A program made the position numbers and the translations under genes. The notes under the pieces are model-generated. The model was given only the letters and a program-made list of their open reading frames with translations, was not told the DNA's origin and ran no database searches. Positions 12,796 through 27,700 of a stretch of DNA of 64,000 nt are shown here, one piece after another. The DNA lies in assembly GCF_009914755.1 (NCBI RefSeq), contig NC_060948.1; one strand, 5' to 3'. This DNA is from the human T2T-CHM13v2.0 reference genome, Homo sapiens. Numbering within the stretch: the stretch's first letter is position 1; each line of letters opens with the position of its first letter.

Positions 12796-15700
12796 GGCCT
12801 GGAATAAAGTGGAATGCTACGGTCTCGAATGGAATAAAAATGTATGGAATGGAATGCAATGAAACGGAATCGAATGTCATAGAATGTAATGGAATGCAAC
12901 AAAATGGAATCCAAAATCATTGACTGGAAAGGCTGGGTGTCGAAAGGAATTGACTCCAATGGAATGGAATCGAATGGAATGGAAGTGAATAGAATCGAAC
13001 TAAATCGAATGGAATGGAATTGATAGGAACGGAATGGAAAGGAATGCAATGATTTGGCATGGAATGGAATCGAATGGCATCGAATGGAATGGAATGGAAT
13101 GCAATGGAATGGAATGTATTAGAATGTAATGAACTTTAATGGAATGTACTCGAATGGATTCGACTGGAATGGAATGTTCTGGAAGTGAATGGACTCCAAT
13201 GGAATGGATTCAAAAGGAATGGAATCGTACGGAATGGAATCTAATGGAATGGAATTAAATGGAAATGAATCAAATTGAATAGCACGGAATTGAATTGAAT
13301 GGAATGGAATGCAATGGAATCTAATGAAACGGAAAGGAAAGGAATGGAATGGAATGGAATGGGCTGGAATGGAAAGGAATCGAAACGAATGGAATGGAAT
13401 CGAACTGAAGAGACTGGAATGGAATGCACTGGAATGGAAGGGAGTGTAATGGAAGGTTGTCGAAAAAAATGGAATCGAATGGAATGGAATTGAATGGAAC
13501 GGAATAGAGTCGAATGGAATTGAATGGAATGGAATGGACTAGAGTGAAATGGAATTGAACCACAAGGAATGGACAGGAATAGAATGGTCTCGAATTGAAT
13601 GGAATCGTATGGAATGGCATCAAACGGAATGGAATGGACAGCCACGGAATGGAATGCACTCGAATGCAATGGAGTCGAAACTAATGGACTGGAATAGAAT
13701 GGACTCGACTGGTACGGACTCCAATGGAATGGAATCGAATGGAAGGGAATCGAACGGAAGGGAATCGAACGGAATGGACTCGAAGGGAAAAGACTGCAAT
13801 GGAAAGGTCTCGAATGGAATGGAAATTAATGGAATGGAATGGAATCGAATGAAATGGAGTCAAAAGGAATGGAATCGAATGGCAAGAAATCGAATGTAAT
13901 GGAATCGCCAGGAATTGATGTGAACGGAACGGAATGGAATGGAATCCAAAGGAATGGAATAGAATGGAATGGAATCGAATGGAAAGGACTCCAATGGAAA
14001 TCACTCGAATAGAATGCAATTTAATAAAATAGGATCAAATGTAATGGAATGGAATGGAAAGGAATCGAAACGAAAGGAATGGAGACAGATGGAATGGAAT
14101 GGAACAGAGAGCAATGGTATAGAATGGAATGGAATCATCTGGAATGGAATTGAATGGAATGGAATAATATGAAATGGAATGGAATGGAATGGAGTGGAAT
14201 GCCCTTGAATTAAATGGACTGGAATGGAATGGACTCAAACAGAGTGGAATGGAAAGTGTGGAGATAGAATGGAATGAACTCCTTTGGAATGGTGTAGTAT
14301 GCAATGCAATCGACTGGCAGGGAATCAAAAGAAATGTAATCGAATGGATTGGACTGGAATGCAATGGACTCGAATAGATTGGAAACGGAATGCAAAGGAA
14401 TGGAATGGAATAGTATGGAATGCAATGGAAGGGAATGGAGTGGAATAGACTAGAGTGGAATGGAATGGACTGGAAAGCAATGGACTGGAATGGAACTTTC
14501 TTGGATGGACTGGAATCAAACGGAATGGAATGCAATGCAATCAAATGGCATGGAATAAAATAGAATGAAAGAGAATCAAATGGAATTGAATCGAATGGAA
14601 TCAAATGGATTGGAAATGAATAGAATGGAATGGAATGGAATTGACTCAAATGGAATGGACTAGAATGGAATGGATTCGAATGGAAGGCAAAGGAATGGAA
14701 TCTATTGGAATGGACTGTAATGGAATGGAATGGAAGGGATTGGAATGGACTCGAATGGAATGGACTGCAATAGAAAGGATTCGAATGGAATGAAAAAGAA
14801 TTGAATGGAATAGAACAGAATGGAATCAAATCGAATGAAATGGAATGGAAAAGAAAGGAATGGAATGAAATGGAATGGAAAGGATTCGAATGTAATGCAA
14901 TCGAATGGAATGGAATCGAACGGAATGGAATAAAATGGAAGAAAACTGGCAAGAAATGGAATCGAAATGAATGGAGTGTTATGGAACGGACTCAAACGGA
15001 ATTGAATGTAATAGAATGGAGTGGAGTGGACTCGAATATAATGGACTGGAATGGAATGAAATCACATGGAATGGGAACGAATGGAATGGAATGGAAAGGA
15101 ATGGAATCGAATGGAAAGGAATCGAATGGAAGGGAATGAAATTGAATCAACAGGAATGGAAGGGAATAGAATAGACTGTAATGGAATGGACTCGAATAGA
15201 ATGGACACGAATGCTCAAATTAAATGGACTCGAATGGAATGGAAACGAAAGGAATGTCATCGAATGGAATTGAATCGATTGGAATGAAATCGCATAGAAT
15301 GGAGTGGAATCAAATGGAATTGAATCGAAAGGAAAGGAAGCGAATGGACTGAAATGAAATGGAATGGAATTGTATGGAAAGTAATGCAATGGAATAGAAT
15401 GGAACGAAATTTCACGGAATGGAATCAAACTGAATGGAATCAAATCAATGGAATCAAATCAAATGGAATGGAAAGGAATTGAATGGAGTAGATGGGATTG
15501 GATGGGATTGGAATGAAATGTACTGGAAAGGACTCGAATTTCATGAAACGGAATGGAATGAATTGGAACGGAATGGACTCGAATGGAATGGAATGTCATG
15601 GGATGGCATCAAATGGAATGGCATCAAATGGAATGGAATCGAATGCAATGGAATGCTGTGGAATGGAATGGAATGCATTGGAATGGAATGTCCTCTAATG

Positions 15701-18700
15701 GAATGGATTCGAGTGGAATGGAATTGAATATAATGGAGTCGAATGAAATGGAATTGAAAGGAATGGGATCGAATACAATGGAATATACTGGAATGTAACG
15801 TAATGAACTCGAATGTAATTGACTGGAATGGAATGTACATGAATGGAATGTAATCGAATGGAAAGTAATCCAATGGAATAGAATCTAATGCAATAAAATC
15901 GACTCAGATAGAGTAGAATGTAATGGAATGGAGTGCAGTGCAATGGAATGGAATGGAATGGAATGCAATGGAATGGAATGGAATGGAATGGAATGGAATG
16001 GAATGGAATGGGATGGAATGGTATGGAATGGATAGTAATAGACTGGAGTGAAATGGACTGGAAAGGAATGGACTCAAATTGAAAGGGCTCGAAAGGAATG
16101 GAGTCAAATGGAATGGTCTGGAATGGAATGAACACGAATGTAATGCAACCCAATAGAATGGAATCGAATGGCATGGAATATAAAGAAATGGAATCGAAGA
16201 GAATGGAAACAAATGGAATGGAATTGAATGGAATGGAATTGAATGGAATGGGAACGAATGGAGTGAAATTGTATGCAGTAGAAGAGAATAGAATGGAATG
16301 CAAGCGAAAGGAAAGGAATGGATTGGAATGGAATGGAATTCATTGGAATGGAAGGGAATGTAGTGTAATGGACAGGCCTGGAATAAAGTGGAATGCTACG
16401 GTCTCGAATGGAATAAAAATGTATGGAATGGAATGCAATGAAACGGAATCGAATGTCATAGAATGTAATGGAATGCAAAAAAATGGAATCCAAAATCATT
16501 GACTGGAAAGGCTGGGTGTCGAAAGGAATTGACTCCAATGGAATGGAATCGAATGGAATGGAAGTGAATAGAATCGAACTAAATCGAATGGAATGGAATT
16601 GATAGGAACGGAATGGAAAGGAATGCAATGATTTGGCATGGAATGGAATCGAATGGCATCGAATGGAATGGAATGGAATGCAATGGAATGGAATGTATTA
16701 GAATGTAATGAACTTTAATGGAATGTACTCGAATGGATTCGACTGGAATGGAATGTTCTGGAAGTGAATGGACTCCAATGGAATGGATTCAAAAGGAATG
16801 GAATCGTACGGAATGGAATCTAATGGAATGGAATTAAATGGAAATGAATCAAATTGAATAGCACGGAATTGAATTGAATGGAATGGAATGCAATGGAATC
16901 TAATGAAACGGAAAGGAAAGGAATGGAATGGAATGGAATGGGCTGGAATGGAAAGGAATCGAAACGAATGGAATGGAATCGAACTGAAGAGACTGGAATG
17001 GAATGCACTGGAATGGAAGGGAGTGTAATGGAAGGTTGTCGAAAAAAATGGAATCGAATGGAATGGAATTGAATGGAACGGAATAGAGTCGAATGGAATT
17101 GAATGGAATGGAATGGACTAGAGTGAAATGGAATCGAACCACAAGGAATGGACAGGAATAGAATGGTCTCGAATTGAATGGAATCGTATGGAATGGCATC
17201 AAACGGAATGGAATGGACAGCCACGGAATGGAATGCACTCGAATGCAATGGAGTCGAAACAAATGGACTGGAATAGAATGGACTCGACTGGTACGGACTC
17301 CAATGGAATGGAATCGAATGGAAGGGAATCGAACGGAAGGGAATCGAACGGAATGGACTCGAAGGGAAAAGACTGCAATGGAAAGGTCTCGAATGGAATG
17401 GAAATTAATGGAATGGAATGGAATCGAATGAAATGGAGTCAAAAGGAATGGAATCGAATGGCAAGAAATCTAATGTAATGGAATCGCCAGGAATTGATGC
17501 GAACGGAACGGAATGGAATGGAATCCAAAGGAATGGAATAGAATGGAATGGAATCGAATGGAAAGGACTCCAATGGAAATCACTCGAATAGAATGCAATT
17601 TAATAAAATAGGATCAAATGTAATGGAATGGAATGGAAAGGAATCGAAACGAAAGGAATGGAGACAGATGGAATGGAATGGAACAGAGAGCAATGGTATA
17701 GAATGGAATGGAATCATCTGGAATGGAATTGAATGGAATGGAATAATATGAAATGGAATGGAATGGAATGGAGTGGAATGCCCTTGAATTAAATGGACTG
17801 GAATGGAATGGACTCAAACAGAGTGGAATGGAAAGTGTGGAGATAGAATGGAATGAACTCCTTTGGAATGGTGTAGTATGCAATGCAATCGACTGGCAGG
17901 GAATCAAAAGAAATGTAATCGAATGGATTGGACTGGAATGCAATGGACTCGAATAGATTGGAAACGGAATGCAAAGGAATGGAATGGAATAGTATGGAAT
18001 GCAATGGAAGGGAATGGAGTGGAATAGACTAGAGTGGAATGGAATGGACTGGAAAGCAATGGACTGGAATGGAACTTTCTTGGATGGACTGGAATCAAAC
18101 GGAATGGAATGCAATGCAATCAAATGGCATGGAATAAAATAGAATGAAAGAGAATCAAATGGAATTGAATCGAATGGAATCGAATGGATTGGAAATGAAT
18201 AGAATGGAATGGAATGGAATTGACTCAAATGGAATGGACTAGAATGGAATGGATTCGAATGGAAGGCAAAGGAATGGAATCTATTGGAATGGACTGTAAT
18301 GGAATGGAATGGAAGGGATTGGAATGGACTCGAATGGAATGGACTGCAATAGAAAGGATTCGAATGGAATGAAAAAGAATTGAATGGAATAGAACAGAAT
18401 GGAATCAAATCGAATGAAATGGAATGGAAAAGAAAGGAATGGAATGAAATGGAATGGAAAGGATTCGAATGTAATGCAATCGAATGGAATGGAATCGAAC
18501 GGAATGGAATAAAATGGAAGAAAACTGGCAAGAAATGGAATCGAAATGAATGGAGTGTTATGGAACGGACTCAAACGGAATTGAATGTAATAGAATGGAG
18601 TGGAGTGGACTCGAATATAATGGACTGGAATGGAATGAAATCACATGGAATGGGAACGAATGGAATGGAATGGAAAGGAATGGAATCGAATGGAAAGGAA

Positions 18701-21700
18701 TCGAATGGAAGGGAATGAAATTGAATCAACAGGAATGGAAGGGAATAGAATAGACTGTAATGGAATGGACTCGAATAGAATGGACACGAATGCTCAAATT
18801 AAATGGACTCGAATGGAATGGAAACGAAAGGAATGTCATCGAATGGAATTGAATCGATTGGAATGAAATCGCATAGAATGGAGTGGAATCAAATGGAATT
18901 GAATCGAAAGGAAAGGAAGCGAATGGACTGAAATGAAATGGAATGGAATTGTATGGAAAGTAATGCAATGGAATAGAATGGAACGAAATTTCACGGAATG
19001 GAATCAAACTGAATGGAATCAAATCAATGGAATCAAATCAAATGGAATGGAAAGGAATTGAATGGAGTAGATGGGATTGGATGGGATTGGAATGAAATGT
19101 ACTGGAAAGGACTCGAATTTCATGAAACGGAATGGAATGAATTGGAACGGAATGGACTCGAATGGAATGGAATGTCATGGGATGGCATCAAATGGAATGG
19201 CATCAAATGGAATGGAATCGAATGCAATGGAATGCTGTGGAATGGAATGGAATGCATTGGAATGGAATGTCCTCTAATGGAATGGATTCGAGTGGAATGG
19301 AATTGAATATAATGGAGTCGAATGAAATGGAATTGAAAGGAATGGGATCGAATACAATGGAATATACTGGAATGTAACGTAATGAACTCGAATGTAATTG
19401 ACTGGAATGGAATGTACATGAATGGAATGTAATCGAATGGAAAGTAATCCAATGGAATAGAATCTAATGCAATAAAATCGACTCAGATAGAGTAGAATGT
19501 AATGGAATGGAGTGCAGTGCAATGGAATGGAATGGAATGGAATGCAATGGAATGGAATGGAATGGAATGGAATGGAATGGAATGGAATGGGATGGAATGG
19601 TATGGAATGGATAGTAATAGACTGGAGTGAAATGGACTGGAAAGGAATGGACTCAAATTGAAAGGGCTCGAAAGGAATGGAGTCAAATGGAATGGTCTGG
19701 AATGGAATGAACACGAATGTAATGCAACCCAATAGAATGGAATCGAATGGCATGGAATATAAAGAAATGGAATCGAAGAGAATGGAAACAAATGGAATGG
19801 AATTGAATGGAATGGAATTGAATGGAATGGGAACGAATGGAGTGAAATTGTATGCAGTAGAAGAGAATAGAATGGAATGCAAGCGAAAGGAAAGGAATGG
19901 ATTGGAATGGAATGGAATTCATTGGAATGGAAGGGAATGTAGTGTAATGGACAGGCCTGGAATAAAGTGGAATGCTACGGTCTCGAATGGAATAAAAATG
20001 TATGGAATGGAATGCAATGAAACGGAATCGAATGTCATAGAATGTAATGGAATGCAAAAAAATGGAATCCAAAATCATTGACTGGAAAGGCTGGGTGTCG
20101 AAAGGAATTGACTCCAATGGAATGGAATCGAATGGAATGGAAGTGAATAGAATCGAACTAAATCGAATGGAATGGAATTGATAGGAACGGAATGGAAAGG
20201 AATGCAATGATTTGGCATGGAATGGAATCGAATGGCATCGAATGGAATGGAATGGAATGCAATGGAATGGAATGTATTAGAATGTAATGAACTTTAATGG
20301 AATGTACTCGAATGGATTCGACTGGAATGGAATGTTCTGGAAGTGAATGGACTCCAATGGAATGGATTCAAAAGGAATGGAATCGTACGGAATGGAATCT
20401 AATGGAATGGAATTAAATGGAAATGAATCAAATTGAATAGCACGGAATTGAATTGAATGGAATGGAATGCAATGGAATCTAATGAAACGGAAAGGAAAGG
20501 AATGGAATGGAATGGAATGGGCTGGAATGGAAAGGAATCGAAACGAATGGAATGGAATCGAACTGAAGAGACTGGAATGGAATGCACTGGAATGGAAGGG
20601 AGTGTAATGGAAGGTTGTCGAAAAAAATGGAATCGAATGGAATGGAATTGAATGGAACGGAATAGAGTCGAATGGAATTGAATGGAATGGAATGGACTAG
20701 AGTGAAATGGAATCGAACCACAAGGAATGGACAGGAATAGAATGGTCTCGAATTGAATGGAATCGTATGGAATGGCATCAAACGGAATGGAATGGACAGC
20801 CACGGAATGGAATGCACTCGAATGCAATGGAGTCGAAACAAATGGACTGGAATAGAATGGACTCGACTGGTACGGACTCCAATGGAATGGAATCGAATGG
20901 AAGGGAATCGAACGGAAGGGAATCGAACGGAATGGACTCGAAGGGAAAAGACTGCAATGGAAAGGTCTCGAATGGAATGGAAATTAATGGAATGGAATGG
21001 AATCGAATGAAATGGAGTCAAAAGGAATGGAATCGAATGGCAAGAAATCTAATGTAATGGAATCGCCAGGAATTGATGCGAACGGAACGGAATGGAATGG
21101 AATCCAAAGGAATGGAATAGAATGGAATGGAATCGAATGGAAAGGACTCCAATGGAAATCACTCGAATAGAATGCAATTTAATAAAATAGGATCAAATGT
21201 AATGGAATGGAATGGAAAGGAATCGAAACGAAAGGAATGGAGACAGATGGAATGGAATGGAACAGAGAGCAATGGTATAGAATGGAATGGAATCATCTGG
21301 AATGGAATTGAATGGAATGGAATAATATGAAATGGAATGGAATGGAATGGAGTGGAATGCCCTTGAATTAAATGGACTGGAATGGAATGGACTCAAACAG
21401 AGTGGAATGGAAAGTGTGGAGATAGAATGGAATGAACTCCTTTGGAATGGTGTAGTATGCAATGCAATCGACTGGCAGGGAATCAAAAGAAATGTAATCG
21501 AATGGATTGGACTGGAATGCAATGGACTCGAATAGATTGGAAACGGAATGCAAAGGAATGGAATGGAATAGTATGGAATGCAATGGAAGGGAATGGAGTG
21601 GAATAGACTAGAGTGGAATGGAATGGACTGGAAAGCAATGGACTGGAATGGAACTTTCTTGGATGGACTGGAATCAAACGGAATGGAATGCAATGCAATC

Positions 21701-24700
21701 AAATGGCATGGAATAAAATAGAATGAAAGAGAATCAAATGGAATTGAATCGAATGGAATCGAATGGATTGGAAATGAATAGAATGGAATGGAATGGAATT
21801 GACTCAAATGGAATGGACTAGAATGGAATGGATTCGAATGGAAGGCAAAGGAATGGAATCTATTGGAATGGACTGTAATGGAATGGAATGGAAGGGATTG
21901 GAATGGACTCGAATGGAATGGACTGCAATAGAAAGGATTCGAATGGAATGAAAAAGAATTGAATGGAATAGAACAGAATGGAATCAAATCGAATGAAATG
22001 GAATGGAATAGAAAGGAATGGAATGAAATGGAATGGAAAGGATTCGAATGGAATGCAATCGAATGGAATGGAATCGAACGGAATGGAATAAAATGGAAGA
22101 AAACTGGCAAGAAATGGAATCGAAATGAATGGAGTGTTATGGAACGGACTCAAACGGAATTGAATGTAATAGAATGGAGTGGAGTGGACTCGAATATAAT
22201 GGACTGGAATGGAATGAAATCACATGGAATGGGAACGAATGGAATGGAATGGAAAGGAATGGAATCGAATGGAAAGGAATCGAATGGAAGGGAATGAAAT
22301 TGAATCAACAGGAATGGAAGGGAATAGAATAGACTGTAATGGAATGGACTCGAATAGAATGGACACGAATGCTCAAATTAAATGGACTCGAATGGAATGG
22401 AAACGAAAGGAATGTCATCGAATGGAATTGAATCGATTGGAATGAAATCGCATAGAATGGAGTGGAATCAAATGGAATTGAATCGAAAGGAAAGGAAGCG
22501 AATGCACTGAAATGAAATGGAATGGAATTGTATGGAAAGTAATGCAATGGAATAGAATGGAACGAAATTTCACGGAATGGAATCAAACTGAATGGAATCA
22601 AATCAATGGAATCAAATCAAATGGAATGGAAAGGAATTGAATGGAGTAGATGGGATTGGATGGGATTGGAATGAAATGTACTGGAAAGGACTCGAATTTC
22701 ATGAAACGGAATGGAATGAATTGGAACGGAATGGACTCGAATGGAATGGAATGTCATGGGATGGCATCAAATGGAATGGCATCAAATGGAATGGAATCGA
22801 ATGCAATGGAATGCTGTGGAATGGAATGGAATGCATTGGAATGGAATGTCCTCTAATGGAATGGATTCGAGTGGAATGGAATTGAATATAATGGAGTCGA
22901 ATGAAATGGAATTGAAAGGAATGGGATCGAATACAATGGAATATACTGGAATGTAACGTAATGAACTCGAATGTAATTGACTGGAATGGAATGTACATGA
23001 ATGGAATGTAATCGAATGGAAAGTAATCCAATGGAATAGAATCTAATGCAATAAAATCGACTCAGATAGAGTAGAATGTAATGGAATGGAGTGCAGTGCA
23101 ATGGAATGGAATGGAATGGAATGCAATGGAATGGAATGGAATGGAATGGAATGGAATGGAATGGAATGGGATGGAATGGTATGGAATGGATAGTAATAGA
23201 CTGGAGTGAAATGGACTGGAAAGGAATGGACTCAAATTGAAAGGGCTCGAAAGGAATGGAGTCAAATGGAATGGTCTGGAATGGAATGAACACGAATGTA
23301 ATGCAACCCAATAGAATGGAATCGAATGGCATGGAATATAAAGAAATGGAATCGAAGAGAATGGAAACAAATGGAATGGAATTGAATGGAATGGAATTGA
23401 ATGGAATGGGAACGAATGGAGTGAAATTGTATGCAGTAGAAGAGAATAGAATGGAATGCAAGCGAAAGGAAAGGAATGGATTGGAATGGAATGGAATTCA
23501 TTGGAATGGAAGGGAATGTAGTGTAATGGACAGGCCTGGAATAAAGTGGAATGCTACGGTCTCGAATGGAATAAAAATGTATGGAATGGAATGCAATGAA
23601 ACGGAATCGAATGTCATAGAATGTAATGGAATGCAAAAAAATGGAATCCAAAATCATTGACTGGAAAGGCTGGGTGTCGAAAGGAATTGACTCCAATGGA
23701 ATGGAATCGAATGGAATGGAAGTGAATAGAATCGAACTAAATCGAATGGAATGGAATTGATAGGAACGGAATGGAAAGGAATGCAATGATTTGGCATGGA
23801 ATGGAATCGAATGGCATCGAATGGAATGGAATGGAATGCAATGGAATGGAATGTATTAGAATGTAATGAACTTTAATGGAATGTACTCGAATGGATTCGA
23901 CTGGAATGGAATGTTCTGGAAGTGAATGGACTCCAATGGAATGGATTCAAAAGGAATGGAATCGTACGGAATGGAATCTAATGGAATGGAATTAAATGGA
24001 AATGAATCAAATTGAATAGCACGGAATTGAATTGAATGGAATGGAATGCAATGGAATCTAATGAAACGGAAAGGAAAGGAATGGAATGGAATGGAATGGG
24101 CTGGAATGGAAAGGAATCGAAACGAATGGAATGGAATCGAACTGAAGAGACTGGAATGGAATGCACTGGAATGGAAGGGAGTGTAATGGAAGGTTGTCGA
24201 AAAAAATGGAATCGAATGGAATGGAATTGAATGGAACGGAATAGAGTCGAATGGAATTGAATGGAATGGAATGGACTAGAGTGAAATGGAATCGAACCAC
24301 AAGGAATGGACAGGAATAGAATGGTCTCGAATTGAATGGAATCGTATGGAATGGCATCAAACGGAATGGAATGGACAGCCACGGAATGGAATGCACTCGA
24401 ATGCAATGGAGTCGAAACAAATGGACTGGAATAGAATGGACTCGACTGGTACGGACTCCAATGGAATGGAATCGAATGGAAGGGAATCGAACGGAAGGGA
24501 ATCGAACGGAATGGACTCGAAGGGAAAAGACTGCAATGGAAAGGTCTCGAATGGAATGGAAATTAATGGAATGGAATGGAATCGAATGAAATGGAGTCAA
24601 AAGGAATGGAATCGAATGGCAAGAAATCTAATGTAATGGAATCGCCAGGAATTGATGCGAACGGAACGGAATGGAATGGAATCCAAAGGAATGGAATAGA

Positions 24701-27700
24701 ATGGAATGGAATCGAATGGAAAGGACTCCAATGGAAATCACTCGAATAGAATGCAATTTAATAAAATAGGATCAAATGTAATGGAATGGAATGGAAAGGA
24801 ATCGAAACGAAAGGAATGGAGACAGATGGAATGGAATGGAACAGAGAGCAATGGTATAGAATGGAATGGAATCATCTGGAATGGAATTGAATGGAATGGA
24901 ATAATATGAAATGGAATGGAATGGAATGGAGTGGAATGCCCTTGAATTAAATGGACTGGAATGGAATGGACTCAAACAGAGTGGAATGGAAAGTGTGGAG
25001 ATAGAATGGAATGAACTCCTTTGGAATGGTGTAGTATGCAATGCAATCGACTGGCAGGGAATCAAAAGAAATGTAATCGAATGGATTGGACTGGAATGCA
25101 ATGGACTCGAATAGATTGGAAACGGAATGCAAAGGAATGGAATGGAATAGTATGGAATGCAATGGAAGGGAATGGAGTGGAATAGACTAGAGTGGAATGG
25201 AATGGACTGGAAAGCAATGGACTGGAATGGAACTTTCTTGGATGGACTGGAATCAAACGGAATGGAATGCAATGCAATCAAATGGCATGGAATAAAATAG
25301 AATGAAAGAGAATCAAATGGAATTGAATCGAATGGAATCGAATGGATTGGAAATGAATAGAATGGAATGGAATGGAATTGACTCAAATGGAATGGACTAG
25401 AATGGAATGGATTCGAATGGAAGGCAAAGGAATGGAATCTATTGGAATGGACTGTAATGGAATGGAATGGAAGGGATTGGAATGGACTCGAATGGAATGG
25501 ACTGCAATAGAAAGGATTCGAATGGAATGAAAAAGAATTGAATGGAATAGAACAGAATGGAATCAAATCGAATGAAATGGAATGGAATAGAAAGGAATGG
25601 AATGAAATGGAATGGAAAGGATTCGAATGGAATGCAATCGAATGGAATGGAATCGAACGGAATGGAATAAAATGGAAGAAAACTGGCAAGAAATGGAATC
25701 GAAATGAATGGAGTGTTATGGAACGGACTCAAACGGAATTGAATGTAATAGAATGGAGTGGAGTGGACTCGAATATAATGGACTGGAATGGAATGAAATC
25801 ACATGGAATGGGAACGAATGGAATGGAATGGAAAGGAATGGAATCGAATGGAAAGGAATCGAATGGAAGGGAATGAAATTGAATCAACAGGAATGGAAGG
25901 GAATAGAATAGACTGTAATGGAATGGACTCGAATAGAATGGACACGAATGCTCAAATTAAATGGACTCGAATGGAATGGAAACGAAAGGAATGTCATCGA
26001 ATGGAATTGAATCGATTGGAATGAAATCGCATAGAATGGAGTGGAATCAAATGGAATTGAATCGAAAGGAAAGGAAGCGAATGCACTGAAATGAAATGGA
26101 ATGGAATTGTATGGAAAGTAATGCAATGGAATAGAATGGAACGAAATTTCACGGAATGGAATCAAACTGAATGGAATCAAATCAATGGAATCAAATCAAA
26201 TGGAATGGAAAGGAATTGAATGGAGTAGATGGGATTGGATGGGATTGGAATGAAATGTACTGGAAAGGACTCGAATTTCATGAAACGGAATGGAATGAAT
26301 TGGAACGGAATGGACTCGAATGGAATGGAATGTCATGGGATGGCATCAAATGGAATGGCATCAAATGGAATGGAATCGAATGCAATGGAATGCTGTGGAA
26401 TGGAATGGAATGCATTGGAATGGAATGTCCTCTAATGGAATGGATTCGAGTGGAATGGAATTGAATATAATGGAGTCGAATGAAATGGAATTGAAAGGAA
26501 TGGGATCGAATACAATGGAATATACTGGAATGTAACGTAATGAACTCGAATGTAATTGACTGGAATGGAATGTACATGAATGGAATGTAATCGAATGGAA
26601 AGTAATCCAATGGAATAGAATCTAATGCAATAAAATCGACTCAGATAGAGTAGAATGTAATGGAATGGAGTGCAGTGCAATGGAATGGAATGGAATGGAA
26701 TGCAATGGAATGGAATGGAATGGAATGGAATGGAATGGAATGGAATGGGATGGAATGGTATGGAATGGATAGTAATAGACTGGAGTGAAATGGACTGGAA
26801 AGGAATGGACTCAAATTGAAAGGGCTCGAAAGGAATGGAGTCAAATGGAATGGTCTGGAATGGAATGAACACGAATGTAATGCAACCCAATAGAATGGAA
26901 TCGAATGGCATGGAATATAAAGAAATGGAATCGAAGAGAATGGAAACAAATGGAATGGAATTGAATGGAATGGAATTGAATGGAATGGGAACGAATGGAG
27001 TGAAATTGTATGCAGTAGAAGAGAATAGAATGGAATGCAAGCGAAAGGAAAGGAATGGATTGGAATGGAATGGAATTCATTGGAATGGAAGGGAATGTAG
27101 TGTAATGGACAGGCCTGGAATAAAGTGGAATGCTACGGTCTCGAATGGAATAAAAATGTATGGAATGGAATGCAATGAAACGGAATCGAATGTCATAGAA
27201 TGTAATGGAATGCAAAAAAATGGAATCCAAAATCATTGACTGGAAAGGCTGGGTGTCGAAAGGAATTGACTCCAATGGAATGGAATCGAATGGAATGGAA
27301 GTGAATAGAATCGAACTAAATCGAATGGAATGGAATTGATAGGAACGGAATGGAAAGGAATGCAATGATTTGGCATGGAATGGAATCGAATGGCATCGAA
27401 TGGAATGGAATGGAATGCAATGGAATGGAATGTATTAGAATGTAATGAACTTTAATGGAATGTACTCGAATGGATTCGACTGGAATGGAATGTTCTGGAA
27501 GTGAATGGACTCCAATGGAATGGATTCAAAAGGAATGGAATCGTACGGAATGGAATCTAATGGAATGGAATTAAATGGAAATGAATCAAATTGAATAGCA
27601 CGGAATTGAATTGAATGGAATGGAATGCAATGGAATCTAATGAAACGGAAAGGAAAGGAATGGAATGGAATGGAATGGGCTGGAATGGAAAGGAATCGAA

